This document shows positions 1 through 13,733 of a stretch of 64,000 nucleotides of DNA, piece after piece; within the stretch, counting starts at the first letter, position 1, and each line of letters starts with the position of its first letter. The position numbers and the translations under genes are program-made. The DNA comes from Utricularia gibba (Eukaryota; Plantae; Magnoliophyta), in contig CM007989.1 of NCBI GenBank assembly GCA_002189035.1, positions 5,456,001 to 5,520,000 on the forward strand, given 5' to 3'. Under the pieces are notes generated by a model, which was given only the letters and a program-made list of their open reading frames with translations, had not been told where the DNA came from and did no database searches.

Positions 1-1223
1 TATTGATATTCCAAAATTTTGTCACTTTCTATATTCGTATATGTCTTGATCAATGATACTAATGAAGTTATTTTGTTTATTATTTTCTTGTGAGCAATAA
101 CCAAAACATTCATTTATGCATGATCAACTACATTTATTAATACATGAAGTATTGATTTATCCATAATATGCATATAGCTTGTGCAATTGATCAACAAAAA
201 TAATGTGTCGCCAACATGAGTCAAGTGTTGTTTTATATCTTTCAGAGAAATAATGTTCATATCGAGCAAACGTCACTTATTTATATAAACAACAAACTAA
301 CATTTGGAGTGTTTTGTATTACTTATAAATTATTATAATTGCTTATAAGTTGCTTGTAATTTATATTAATGTTTTGTTTATATTTATAAGTGATTTTAAA
401 GTAATACTTTTAATTTACTTATAAATTAAGTTTATAATATAAAAAACATAGTTATTTTTTCTTATAAATTAAGTTACTAATAAGTTAAATTTATCAAATC
501 AAACACTATGTATTTATAATTGATTTATTAGTTCAAAATTTAAAAGTCAATAATAATAAAAATCATGCAAAACACTTTTATTAGTAAGTATAATTTTTTA
601 TATTTTTTTTAATTTAGTGTTACATTTACTGAAAAAATTCTTTATCTTATCAATCCTTGAAAAGAGAATTCCATATCATAATCAACTTTATTCTATAGTA
701 TAACATTTCATTTCCACATCATCATTTCTTATTTATTTTTGCACGAAAATTCATATAAATACATACTTTTCTAAAAAGATATATATATTTAATCATATTT
801 ATATTGAAAAATTTAAATATAAATATTACAATATAATTATATTACATTATTTATATTAATTAACAAATTAAAACATAAACAATTAAATACATACAAAAAT
901 TATACAATAAAATATTTAATAAATGCATAAAAAATATTATTTGAATTAAAATCCCAAAGTCTCTAAACACATTCTTGAAAATATCTAAAATTGAAATTAA
1001 TCAACTCTTGATCTTCTCTTCGAATGTATATAAGTTAAGTTGCTTGAAAATGATGTTGATCTAGCACGATCTTTGGTATTCACTTTTCATGCTCGATTGT
1101 GAACAAGATCAAAATGGAGATGCACCCCATTGACTTTCAAAAATTGGTGGATTAAATTGCCTTTTGTATATTTTCGCAAGGATCTTCACTTGATAATATT
1201 TTGAAATATAAGAAATTGTATCT

Positions 1224-3566
1224 TTATTGAATTCCTTGTACACCTAAGAGAGGAATAAAGTTAACAACCGTTATGATATTATAAATAACGTGATACATCA
1301 AAAGATAATTCTTACATGAATAACATGTGAATATGAAATAGCTTTTTACTGCCACATTCCACAAGTACATGTCAAATCTGTCAAATAAACAATATAGTAA
1401 TCCTTGTTTTTTTCTAGAACTTCTGCTCCAAGACATCATAGTGGCACTCATTTTCTCTGCATTGTATTTCTTAATCATGTAGTTGGTTGATTTGTCATCA
1501 CATCTCCTATACACAAATAACGAATATGAAGTAAATAATTGACCCATTTCTATGAGTAAATCCATCTTCGCTTTACTATTTATGAAAATCTTAACACATC
1601 ACTCGAAAGCGGCCTCAACAAGAGCTTTTGGAGGTAATCTTCGTGTCCCATGTAAAACACTGTTTAATGATTTAGAAATACTTGTGATATGCACACTACA
1701 TCTGTAAAAATAAGAAATATAATGTTAACATATTAATAATATGAATAAAATTATTTCATTTCAAGTTATTTAATGCCATCATCATATGATAATGTCATTA
1801 GAATGCTGCCTCATTCTTATTTCTGATTTTCTGCATAACTGTCTGAAACTTTTCTGTTTTTGAACTCAAGGCAGCTTCCCAAAATAAATTAACCAAGAGT
1901 TTCGACCTGAAATGAGATATGAAATTCGCAAGTAGATGTTACATACAAAATCTATAATCTCCCATACGCTCATTGAAAGCATGTATATCCTTAATCGTAG
2001 ATAATAATACTGCACCATGATCAGTTACTAGACAAATACGACGTCCTTTCACGATATGCTTAACCAAAAGATAAAAAAACTAATAGCATGATTCATAAGA
2101 TTCTTCTTCAACAATAGCATATGCAAGTGGAATTATAGTGTGGTCGCCATCAAGTGTGCATGATATTAGAAGGTGATATCTATATCATGCATATAGATGT
2201 ATTCTATCACTAGTAATAACCAAACGACAATACCTAAAAGTATGGATGCATGATCCAAAAGCCCAAAATACATGGTGTAGCATTGGCTTGCCATCATGAG
2301 AACGAAGATTCTCATATTCAAATATAGTATTTGTGATAAAACAAATATGTTAGTAAACAAACATCAATATTTGTAAAATAATAAAATAAATTACATGAGT
2401 TGGATTCCTTAATAGATAACAAATAAGAAAGAAGTTTTGTCATCGATTCCTCCCAAGTACCATACATATGCATGATAGCACGCCTAATAGCAGTCCATCC
2501 AATATTATATGATATCCTGAAATGATAAACTTCATCAATATCATCAATGACATCAGAAATACGTATCTCTGAATTCGATTTAACCTTGTTCATGATATGA
2601 AGAGACACGAATTTGCTAGCAATGCTATCATTTATAGCAATTCTGGAGTTGCTAGAAAAGCAAATATAAGGCTCCTCGTATTGTGTCACAATCCAAAACT
2701 AAGTGACACTGCTATTCCACATCCTAACACGCCATTCACATGGAGACGTTGCATTTCGATTGATACAGTTTATTTCATACTACTTGTTATTGCTCTTCTC
2801 AACATGGAAAAATCTTTTCAGCTTCGTGATACAATAATAATTCAATGCTTCCTTCATTGAAGTTTTATCTTTAAAGAAAACCCCCATGTATAGATCACCA
2901 CTTGTCCTATAAAAAAAGTTTAAAGTCTACTCAAACTCAACCGTTATGGGAATTTCCATTGCCACATTGCTTTCATAAAACCTGACTTCTGTTTGTTCAT
3001 CATCATCATTACTTGAAGAAAGTGAGGATGGAATAACTTCTTGCTTTATCATTTCGTTTTCAGCTTGTTCAGTAGTATCTTCCTCACATAAATGATCTAA
3101 ATCCCATAATATGTTTTCACCACAAGGTGATTCTGGTGGTGAAGGATTGTGATATGTTTATGAAGTATATGGATTATTATGATTGGTTGATGCTTCTCCA
3201 ACATTAACTAGAAATAAAACATACAATATATCATTAGCACAATTTAATCATATGAATTCAAAAAAATAATAAATGTAATTTAAAACTAATAATAATAAAT
3301 GTTATTTAGAAAAAAATTTATATATCAGTGTGTTGTTAAATGATCAAATTCATGAACCTTGGAGTTGCACTAGTATACATATCAACACTTGAAATCATAT
3401 GACTTTTATTAAAAATCAAAGACAAACTATCATCTGTTTGATCAAGAGGATGGCGAGACACTCTAAAAACCATTGTTGGATCCATAGTAACATAATTCAC
3501 AATGATGTTAATAGAATACTCAATTGAAGATACTTGCATAACTTTATGAATATTGAGGTATCCCAA
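1224..3566 (-). pseudogene. MuDR/Mutator transposase pseudogene (many stops and frameshifts)
   Basis: Minus-strand fragments: ISYNIGWTAIRRAIMHMYGTWEES (ORF 2318-2689) matches the MuDR ISYxKAWRAK..GxWEES motif; IPLAYAIVEEESYES at ~2090-2135 matches the MULE domain; 3336-3566 resembles an N-terminal region. End coordinates are approximate. Confidence 0.8.
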
Positions 3567-3719
3567 GCAGAAAATTGTGATGGTGAGTCATAACACACCT
3601 TATTGTTTCCATAAAACAAGTTACCTCCCTAGTACAATCAGATCTCAATTGAAGAGGAAACCATTGAAAGTGTAGGAGGAATAAAATGAGGAAGAATGAT
3701 GATATGAGATATGTATTTC

Positions 3720-4185
3720 ATTATATACTTCGTTTTTCAATTTTTGAATTGGAAAAAAGATAAATGAATTTAATATTCCACCAAACTTTTTCAGAATTTT
3801 AATGTTAAAATTTGAACATGTCAATGTTACATTTGTACTATTGCTTCGTTTTTCAATTTTGAATTGGAAAAGAGATAAAATAATTTAATATTACACCAAA
3901 CTTTTTCAGAATTTTAATGTTAAAATCTGAACATGTCCATATCACTTGTGTATTCTTATTTTGTTTTTTAATTTTGAATTGAAAAAAAAAATTAATTTAA
4001 TGTTATACCAAACTTTTTCAGAATTTTAATACTATTTCTGAACATGTCAGTATCATATATGTACTATTGATTCATTTTTCAATTTTGAATTGGAAAAAAA
4101 ATAAACTAATATAATGTTACATCAAACTTTTTTCAGAATTTTAATGCTAAAATTTGAATATGTCAGTGTCACGTATGTATTAGTG
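3720..4185. repeat. Tandem array, 4 diverged copies of a ~114-bp unit, inside the MULE
   Basis: The core (C/T)CAAACTTTTT(T)CAGAATTTTAAT recurs at 3781, 3896, 4008 and 4122 (spacing 115/112/114). Each copy is preceded by TTTTCAATTTTGAATTGGAAAA-like sequence. Confidence 0.92.
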
Positions 4186-7100
4186 TATTGAACGGATTGG
4201 TTATGATATAATATAAAAAGAAATAAATATAATATTTATTTTTTTGAATTTTTGTGTAAAATAGAAATCTAAAATGGTGATTGAATTTTCGTGTAAAAAT
4301 TGAACAAGAAATGATGATGTGGAAATGAGATGGAACACTACAAGATAAAGTTAATTATGATATGGAATTCTCTCTCCAATAGTTGGTGAGATAATGAATT
4401 TTCCCCACATTTACTTATGCCAATGCACATAAGATAGAGTTTGACTCATTTTAATACTTTATTAATGCCTTTAATTTGATTTATTATCAATGTGTCACAC
4501 CTATATCATAGTTATAATTGTTCAAAATTACATGATTAATATGTAACTATTAATAAGTATATCCTAATTTTCCGTTATATGATAATATTTATGATTAAGA
4601 TTGTAATTTATATAAATAATCTCATACTTTTGAATAAATTATATAAATTTCTCTCATGTAGAATCTTCATTTGCCTATTGACATTGTGTATAAGGGTTTT
4701 AAAAATAGTTTTTGCATTCATGGATATTTATTATATTTATGCAATATATATGCGAAACTCCATATTCAAGCATGAATACCTTTACTTTAGAGATAGATAA
4801 CAATATGATATAACGAAACATGTTATATTATCGAGAATATGTCATTTCAATAGTTGAATAAATTAACATTAGAAATTATTATTTTCACTATCAACAATTG
4901 CAAAGTCAAATAATAACACAAGAACAAATATATTCATTATTATATCAATCAATAACTTGTGAGAACATTGTGAATAAAAATGAGTAGTATTAATAATGAT
5001 CATCAATTGACATCAAAAGAACATTTGAAACATTGTCCAAAAGACCAAAAAACATATTTTAACATTCTTATATCACATATATTTAACTATCTGTGTTGTT
5101 ATTCTACGACAATGTCGAGGTTTCGTAATTGCATTTTTAATAGAATTTGAGGAATAAGATGAATAGATGACTCACATGTCCCGTAAACAACTTTGTATCT
5201 ATTTTGTATGTCATACCATGTTCGATAATATGAGATATCATATATTGACTTCTTTTTCATCACTTATTGAATAACTTTGTTTTTAATACAAATATCGATT
5301 TTGAGAAAAGATTTTGCACATTCAATGATGTACAATCGAGTAATATTTCTATTGCAACAATGATTGTAGACCAATACATCTATAGGTACGTGGTTTTTCA
5401 ATACTTATTATTTTCCATATTGCATCAAGAGTGAAATATGTACAATGAATTTTTCATTTGCATCCCTACTTCTTCATCTTATGATAATGATATTTAACAT
5501 ATATATCTTGTTACACTTTATATGATTTAAATTCATGACTAATTTTAAAATTGTATTCTAACACATCATTATTGAAGACTTTCTTTGATGCAAATGGATG
5601 ATGTTTGAAGAATGGACATTGCATTAAGTTAATGAGATTTGATATATCTTTAGAATACGAATCTTTATTTTGTATAACATTTTTCATAAAAATATGAGGT
5701 GTCTAAGGTGTATCATTAATATTAATTGACTCATTATTGATAGAATTTTGTTCTCCTTCTTTTTCCTTGTTTATATCCTTATATTCATCGATTAGTTCAT
5801 TTTCTTATACATCATATATATTATTGCAATCTTGCAAATCATCAAATAGAATGTCATTAGTATCCAATTGATCATGAGTATTATTTTCTTGTATGTCATC
5901 AATTTTTTTGCCAGCATAAAAAAACTTAGATTGAAATAATGTTTATTAATAAAATTGAATTAATTTTTAGATCTTCTCATATTATAAGAATTTTATCATA
6001 CAATCTTTCATTTCATCTTCAATATTATTAGTATTTAAGTCAACATCTCTTCTTGCATTTAATAATTTCTTTTGAATTTGATCTACAAAAATATCAAATC
6101 TCATTTGTGTATGAGTTGGATTGAAAATGTATAATAAATCATAATCGGAAAGAAAATCCAGAACTTGCATTCAACTAGAAAATAAGTCATAAAATTGAAT
6201 TCTTATTTAGATTAAAATATATTGGATCTACATCACATACTGAATATAATTCTTTTCATAGATAATTCAATGACATCATATCATCGAAAGTTCAAATGCG
6301 TAGTGGTGACATATCATATGCTTTGTAATTGTTGAGACATTCAATTATATGAACTCAATTAAAAGATTTTTAAAATGATGATAGTTGTATCTATCTGCTT
6401 ATTTACAATAACTAAAATAAACTTTGAAATGAAATGTGAAGCATAGAGATGGATACGTGTAGAATTCACGAGAGACAATACATTTATAAAATGATAGAAA
6501 ACACATGTTATGTAGAAAGTGATATCAACTCATTTGGTATATTGGTTTATGAATATAAGTGTTGATGTAATGAAATCGTATGTTTTATCTTTACAATATT
6601 TTTATTTGATGTTATATTATAGTTTCAAATAATTGATATAATAAATTGTGTGACATTATCAACTATAGATATTAAATTCTATGTATTAATATAAATAACT
6701 AATAGTTTAATTTATGTGAAATAATATTCTTGAATATTGCTGATTCATTGTTATTTATTTTTTATGTTAAAAAATTATTTGAGAATCTAATGGTATAAGT
6801 TACATATTCTATAGCATTTTATATAATATTATATAATTAAATACATGAATGAATAAAATCAATTTGATTTCGTATATGACTATTCAAAAGAAATTTATTG
6901 TTTCTCTAAATATATTGATAAATGAAGAATGATTAAATTTTAAATGATTTTTTGAAGGAATGGATATATGTCAAATTTGAGTCAAGAGAGATGATCATCT
7001 CACAAATTGATTAATAAAAATTTAGAGATATAGTTTTATTGTATATTTACGTCTAGGCTTAGAAAAATGCCCTTTAAAAATTCTTATGATCATTTTATAT

Positions 7101-8228
7101 AATAGAGATAAAATCATGATAGGATTATTTGCAGAAATATGTGAAAATTGAAATAAAAAAATAATAATTTTTTTAATATAAAAATATAAATATCTATGAG
7201 TTTCATCATTGAATCTAGTAATATCTTGTAAATTTAAGATTTAAAATAAAGATTTAATTGAAAATGATGGTACATTACAGACTAAATTTTAAATTTGGCC
7301 CAAAAATCAAAATACCAATTTAATTTTGAAGAAAATGATTTAATTTTGAGTAAATTTTAGAAATATTTTATTTTTTAAAAAAATAAAAATTTAAAATTTA
7401 AAATCAAGATGCAAGTGTTAGTCATCTCATAAATCTCCTTATCTATTATTAATTTAAAATGAAAATTGTATGTCACATCCAATATATTTTATATTTTTGT
7501 ACGTAACACTTTATAGTTTTAAAATGGCGATTTACTTCCAAATCATTTTAACTATTGCTGCGTCACACCTACAAGCCCAAATTTGAGTAAATTTATTTTG
7601 TTTAATTATGTATATATGACTTTTAGAAGATTTTTAATCCTCATCCAATTTGTTTGTGATACAAGCAAAGGAAATCTGTATTTCTATTCACACAATAAAA
7701 AAGCTCATGCCAAATGGAGTCTCTTATAACACAATTGTAATTTGAGCTTCCAATAATCTGGGATGCTTCCTTGCATGTTTTGTGCTTCTGCACATTTTTT
7801 ATTGTGGTAAAAATTGGAAACGTGTAATAAACACGAGGTGCGTTTAGGTGTCGTACAACAAGAATGAAAATGATTTTGTATGCGACTTACAAAAACTTGT
7901 AACGTGTTGGGCGTGATATGCTATTTTTCAATATTGTCACGGATGCTTGTTTCTTCCTCTCTCGAAAGCTTGTGATGAGGAGTTGGGATTTGAGCAAACG
8001 CATTAAAAATTTCGCCAGCTTTTCTTCTTTTTATAGATATGTGCTGGTTGGTTGGGACTGGGGGCCATCCTCTGGTGCGCAAACTGCCAAAACGAGTTCA
8101 CATGCACTTGTTTTGAAAAAAGGAGCTCCAAACTCTGCCCATTCATAACTCACACCGCAGCACACAGGATGATGATTCTCGCATCCATATTCTTGGTTTG
8201 AGTGAAACTGAGAGTTGAAAGATTTGCA

Positions 8229-8831
8229 ATGGGCTCTTCCCTCTTCCTCCTTGTGCTCCTCCTCTCCTCCCTCTTTGATTCTCCAGTTGCATCTGCAAGG
8301 TCCACCTCCACCCCTGAAATCACAGTCATGGGAGCTGTTTACTGTGACATCTGCTCCAATAATTCCTTCTCAAGGCACAGCTTCTTCTTACCAGGTAACA
8401 AAATAGCCGGGAATCAAGTGTTGCTGCTCCTTGTGTGTGTATGTTATGGGTGGTGGTGGAAAACGTAAATCTATGTATTTGATTGATGCTGTTCAGGGGT
8501 GGAAGTGAGGATGGACTGCACTTTCAAAGCCATAGCTCCAAGAACCAGTGAGCAGATATCATTCTCAGTGAACAGAACGACAAACAAGTATGGGATTTAC
8601 AAGCTGGAAGTTCCTTCGGTCGATGGAGTCCAATGTGCTAGGGATAAAGCAATTGGGAACCTGTGTAGAGCAACTTTGGTTTCTACTTCTTCCTACTGCA
8701 ATGTCCCCTCTTTCAAAACCACAACTGATGAGATCTCTATCAGATCCAGGAGAGACAACACGTGCGTTTACAGCCTCAGTGCTTTGACTTACAGGCCTTC
8801 CAAGAGGGATAATGCCTTGTGCGGTGAATGA
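8229..8831 (+). CDS. Pollen Ole e 1 allergen/extensin-family secreted protein (2 exons: 8229-8394, 8497-8831)
   Basis: Signal peptide MGSSLFLLVLLLSSL, family motif VMGAVYCDICSNNSFSRHSFFLPG|VEVRMDC, then TNKYGIYKLEVPSVDG..C. The GT-AG intron 8395-8496 joins in frame. Confidence 0.93.
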
Positions 8832-9803
8832 AGGATGCTTGGTGACTCTGGTTATGTAGATACCACTTTCTAGTCATTGCCGGTTACCTGCCTTTTTATT
8901 TCATTGGCAATACTATATTTGCTTCCTATGTTGTGCTTTTCTTTTTTTAAGAAAAATGCACTAGTAATGGACTAAGCATGTGCTTCATATGCCATCAAGA
9001 GAGAAAAACAGCGCATTTTTCCCAGTGAGCACTAGCAGAAATCCAGGAGACCAGTTGATGCGGAGCTGCCTGCGTCTATGGGCCTACCAATTGTTTTACC
9101 AAGCATTGTGTGAGTGGCATTCCCATGGGTGCTACAAAAATCTTATGCAAATGGGAGAAATTCTAGCAACTTTAATTGTGGCTGCAATAACTCTATTCGT
9201 CTTTGGAATGTGTCACTCTATTCCTGTATAACAATGGAACTTGCTATATAAGAAATGTATCTTGCGATAATTTTAGAGATGCAAGCTTCTACTGTAACTG
9301 ATAATATTGATTTCCCGTTTCTTTGAAGAAAAACGAAAGTTTAGGACCAAGTTCATCCACAAGCAGACACATGTAGCCGTAATTCTGCTCTCCTTCATCA
9401 CTTCACTTCTCCCAGTTTGCCTTCTGGTCCAAGTTTAGCCACTGAATTCACTCAATTTTCTTATAAGAAATGCGCTGATGAGAGTAGTCAGTGCTAGAGT
9501 CCCTCCTTCTGGACTTTGGGGTGTTATCTAGAAGGACAAAGCGGCCACGAGGCCCATAAAGAATCACCTCCAAATCTCTTCCAAGGCGACCACTTGGTTG
9601 CTCCTTCCTACTTCTATTCTACATGTAATCATAATGTAGAATATGAGGTCTCATGTTAACCTATTTATAATTAATCCACTTCATGAAGAATGGTTTGTTC
9701 ACTTCGTTTGCTGTACCCCGCGCAACGCCGGATCTGAGGGTGCGGTGCCGTTTTTCTGTTTCACCCGGCTGCCCAACGGCGAATTCACTGTCATCGGCAA
9801 CTC

Positions 9804-11827
9804 ATGCGGAGGGCGGTTGCAGGGAAGACTAAGTTTTTGTCGGTACTGGTGGCTTTTCTGGGCCTCTTCCTGGTCGCCGACCTACTTTGGGCTAGCACTT
9901 CCTCCTCCAAATGGGATCCTTGGGTTTCTACTGATGCTCCTCTCCTCCCCTCCAATTCCACGCTTCCGAATCAGGTCAGTGTCTTCGACCTTTCTAGTAT
10001 TCCCTTGCTAATCGCATTCTCTGGACAGTGCCTCTCCTTCTGTTCTTTGTTCATTTTGAGTCTCCTAGAAACTGATCTCGAGTCCATCCCAATGGCATTT
10101 CGAATTATGTGTTTATGGCCGTTGTATCAATGATTATCAGGTTAAAGGTGGCCCTTCTTTTTTATTGATCCTGCAGAATTGCTATATTAAGATTGCCACT
10201 CACCTTGGCAGGCTGCACCTAATAGAGATCCCACAGGGGGAAGATTATTATCTGCTACTTTTGCGGATCTGCCAGCGCCTGAGTTGAGATGGGAGCGGAT
10301 GGCAAGCGCCCCCGTGCCCCGTCTTGATGGCGCTGCCATACAGATCAAGAACCTTCTTTATGTCTTTGCTGGATATGGAACCATCGATTATGTAAGAATG
10401 TTTATATGATTCCCTAATTTTTTTTCTAACTCGTGGTTTTCTTCATGGTTTTTCCCCCAAAACTTGTTTCTGTAGTCAAAGACTTTTGATGACATACGCT
10501 GCTTTATTCAAGGTGCATTCGCATGTTGACATATACAATTTCACGAGTAACACTTGGGGAGAGAGTTTTGACATGCCAAAAGACATGGCACATTCGCATT
10601 TGGGCATGGTAACAGATGGAAGATACATTTATGTGGTTACTGGACAGTATGGCCCTCAATGTAGGGGGCCAACAAGTCACACTTTTGTTCTTGATACTGA
10701 GACGAAACAGTGGCGAAGTATGCCACCTTTGCCAGTTCCTAGGTAATATTAACACTCAATATCCCTTCTAACCATGGAAGACGACTTTTTTTTTTTTCAG
10801 GAATTTTGTTTTAACATGGTGCTTTCAGGTATGCACCAGCCACCCAACTATGGAGAGGCCGGCTCCATGTAATGGGTGGCAGCAAAGAGAACAGGCACAC
10901 ACCTGCCTTGGAGCACTGGAGCATTGCTGTGAAAGATGGTATGGTCTTAGAAAATGAATGGCGGTCTGAGATTCCCATCCCTCGTGGAGGCCCCCACAGG
11001 TTTCATCTTCCGCAGATTTTATTGAAGCCTATATACCCAACCCTGGACACTTTTGTATGCACTAACTCTTGTTGGAATGTCTTTCACAGGGCTTGTGTTG
11101 TTTACAATGACAATCTATATGTTATAGGGGGTCAAGAGGGAGATTTCATGGCTAAACCTGGATCTCCAATTTTTAAATGCTCTCGTAGGAATGAGGTAAT
11201 CCTTATGGAACTTTGTTGATTGGAAGACATGCTTTGTTGCATTTTAATTTCGTATTTGAATTATAACCTGACACAGTGAATCATTCATCTTCGGATGCAT
11301 AGTGGTGTGTTGAAAATTCTACTTTTTATTGCTCTTTGCGCGAAGGTAGTGAGTCTGTGTTCTTTGCAGGTTGTATATGGTGATGTGTACATGCTAGACG
11401 ATGATATGAAGTGGAAAGTCCTCCCTTCCATGCCAAAGCCTGATTCCCATATAGAATTTGCTTGGGTGATAGTGAACAGCTCTGTCTTCATAGTTGGAGG
11501 CACCACAGAAAAGCATCCTGTTTCCAAGAAAATGACTCTTGTTGGAGAAATACTCCAGTTCAATTTCGACTTGCAGGTACTGTACTTTTTTTTTTCCCAG
11601 AACTTGCTGCTCTTTCCTTTTTTGATCTCGATGCTGAAGAAATTCCATAACCACAGAAATGGTCCGTGGTTGGGAGATTGCCATACCGTGTAAAGACCAC
11701 GCTCGTTGGGTGGTGGGATGGAATGCTGTATTTTACATCAGGACAGCGAGATAAAGGACCCACGGATCCTGCTCCTAGAAAGGTGATAGGGGAGATGTGG
11801 AGAACTAAGCTTCATTCCAGGGAATGA
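9804..11827 (+). CDS. Kelch-repeat (galactose oxidase/kelch superfamily) protein, At3g27220-like, with N-terminal membrane anchor (7 exons: 9804-9974, 10212-10391, 10513-10742, 10829-10999, 11090-11195, 11370-11576, 11657-11827)
   Basis: N-terminal hydrophobic helix FLSVLVAFLGLFLVADLLWA; kelch repeats (SATFADLPAPELRWERMASAPVPRLDGAAIQIKNLLYVFAGYG, HSHLGMVTDGRYIYVVTGQYGPQC, LYVIGGQEGDFMAKPGSPIFKCSRR). All six introns are GT-AG and keep frame. Confidence 0.93.
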
Positions 11828-13733
11828 TCAGATCATACTCTTTATTCTTGCTAGCTCGAATCTGGAGGCTGTCCTTCAGTGGGACTGTAAAATAATTATT
11901 ATAATTTAATTTAAATACGTAATTTGATCCATTGGAGTTTGGAGGAGAAGTAAGAACCCTACGGTGTGAAAACCCTATTTTAGTTATTTTTATAATTGGG
12001 GATTTTCTTGGCTTAGCTCTTTTTGCTTTTCAACTTAGTCAGTAACCAGTCAACAACTGCATCGTGGTGCAGCTTTCTTGTTCTCTCTCTCGAATTTGGT
12101 GTCTGATTATCCACTTCAAGTATGTGATTTTAGCTCAAGTTGTGCTTTCGGTTGCAGATTTTTCCAATCAGGCACCAGTCTTTTCTTTGGCTATTCTTCA
12201 AGCCTGAGTATTTCATCATACTTAGCCTTGTCCGCGGATTGAAGATCCACTCAATGAAAAGATTTGTTTGGTCCTTAATTTATGCTGTTGGCATATTTTG
12301 CGTTTTGAACATGTGTACTGCCAGGTAGCACTACTCTGCAGTTCTTGTAGGAACCTGTGAACAGGTCCAGTTTCTCAAACTAAAAAATGTATTACGTGAG
12401 TGTGATTGCTGTTATGTCCTTCAGCCTCACGAGGATATTCTGCTCTTGTAATAGGTGTCTCCTTCATTATTGGAGAGGGACAGTTATATTTCTTATGCTT
12501 GTTTTTTCTGTTTCTTGCTTACTCTTCTTCAGTGTTATTACTATTAAGTTGTCGTATCATTCGATGTCCATCCCTGTGCCATGTGCATCCCTCATTGTTG
12601 CTATTCCTGCCATAAAAAAATGCTGCTGCCGAAGGAATAGAAATTCTAGGCTTGTAGCATGGTGATGATCCATGATATGGGGATCTAGTTCTTTTTTGAA
12701 CTTCAATTTGATTTAGTTCATAAAAAAAAAAAACTCTTTCTGCACGTTTTTTTCCCTCGAGGTTGCTATATATTCTTTTTTCCAGAGGAATCACTGTGCC
12801 TTGATTGGTAGAGCAATTGATTTTCATGATATGGAATAAGTTCTGCACTTCCTGAAGAATGACCCAGTAATCTGCAGTTTTTACCTTCCATTTCAAGGAT
12901 ATTTTTTGTGAATAATGCAGCCTGATTATACTGCAGGTTGTGGATGCTATTTGGATATTCAATTCAAAGCAGGAATTGGTACTACTTGATTTTTATGCTC
13001 TTTTAGAACATTCTGTGACATGGCCATATATACTTCATCATAACCATCTCTGCTTTCGTTGTTAACTATGCTGCCATCTCATAGAATCCTACGTAACATA
13101 TCACATTCCTTACAGATTTTAAGGGCACGTCTGGTGTGCCTGGTTAGGCAGATTTAGAGAAAACCCACGGATTTATGAATTTTGGCATGTTTGGTTCACT
13201 GATTCTCGTCAATGTATGGGTTTTCCCAAAGCTTTGTAGAACTCATTACTTAGATAGTGTTTGGTTGGTTGTATTAAGCGTGATTTTAAATTATAAAGAT
13301 GTTTACTTTTTAAGTTTACATGATCATAGGATTTATGTGAGGTTTTTTTTACTCTCATGCTGCATTCTACGATATGTAATATGGTGATACACAAATATAC
13401 AATATGCTACTTCGTAATACGTAGACCCTGAAGTATTAGAAATAATACATGAATAATATGTTTTTAATAAAATTAATATAATAAAATTGTATTATAATAA
13501 ACAAGTTCATGCATCAAAATCGCAATATTTTATCAAGTTCAAAAATTACAAAAATAGAAGCTTTTTACATAATACCAAACAAAACAAGTCATACATGAGT
13601 AGTAAGAAAATCCATATTCATTAAAACACAAATTAATCTTCAAATTCTATTAGTTGTATGACTTGTGTCAATATTGATGTTTCCTAAAGAGTAGCTAGAG
13701 AATCTATCGAAACACTATTCATAGCATTACCTC

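Larger units (their letters stand above)
631..4406 (-). mobile_element. Mutator-like (MULE/MuDR) DNA transposon, boundary-complete but with a decayed transposase
   Basis: Imperfect terminal inverted repeats of about 130 bp (631-~765 vs ~4275-4406; both contain GAATTTTCGTG..AAGAAATGATGATGTGGAAATGA..TTATGATATGGAATTCTCT). A perfect 9-bp target-site duplication ACATTTACT lies at 622-630 and 4407-4415. MuDR transposase remnants are inside. Confidence 0.92.

Noticed and set aside
300-515. Possible MITE (AGTGTTTTG..CAAACACT ends with TTATAA-rich interior)
   Set aside because: TIR match is too short in very AT-rich DNA, and there is no TSD.
5000-6400. Minus-strand coding-like remnant, possibly Ulp1 protease or transposon ORF (e.g. 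ORF 5982-6170)
   Set aside because: Only vague motif similarity (YWSTIIV) amid many stops, and it lies outside the MULE boundaries; cannot be supported without an HMM search.
11940-13100. Possible telo-box-driven lncRNA or snoRNA cluster downstream of the kelch gene
   Set aside because: AAACCCTA and one GTGATGA are present, but there is no properly spaced box D, terminal stem or rRNA antisense element. The ORFs here look spurious.
13120-13590. Possible termini of the hAT element or a Tourist MITE
   Set aside because: Degenerate GTTTGG/CCAAAC motifs only; no matching TIR pair with a TSD.
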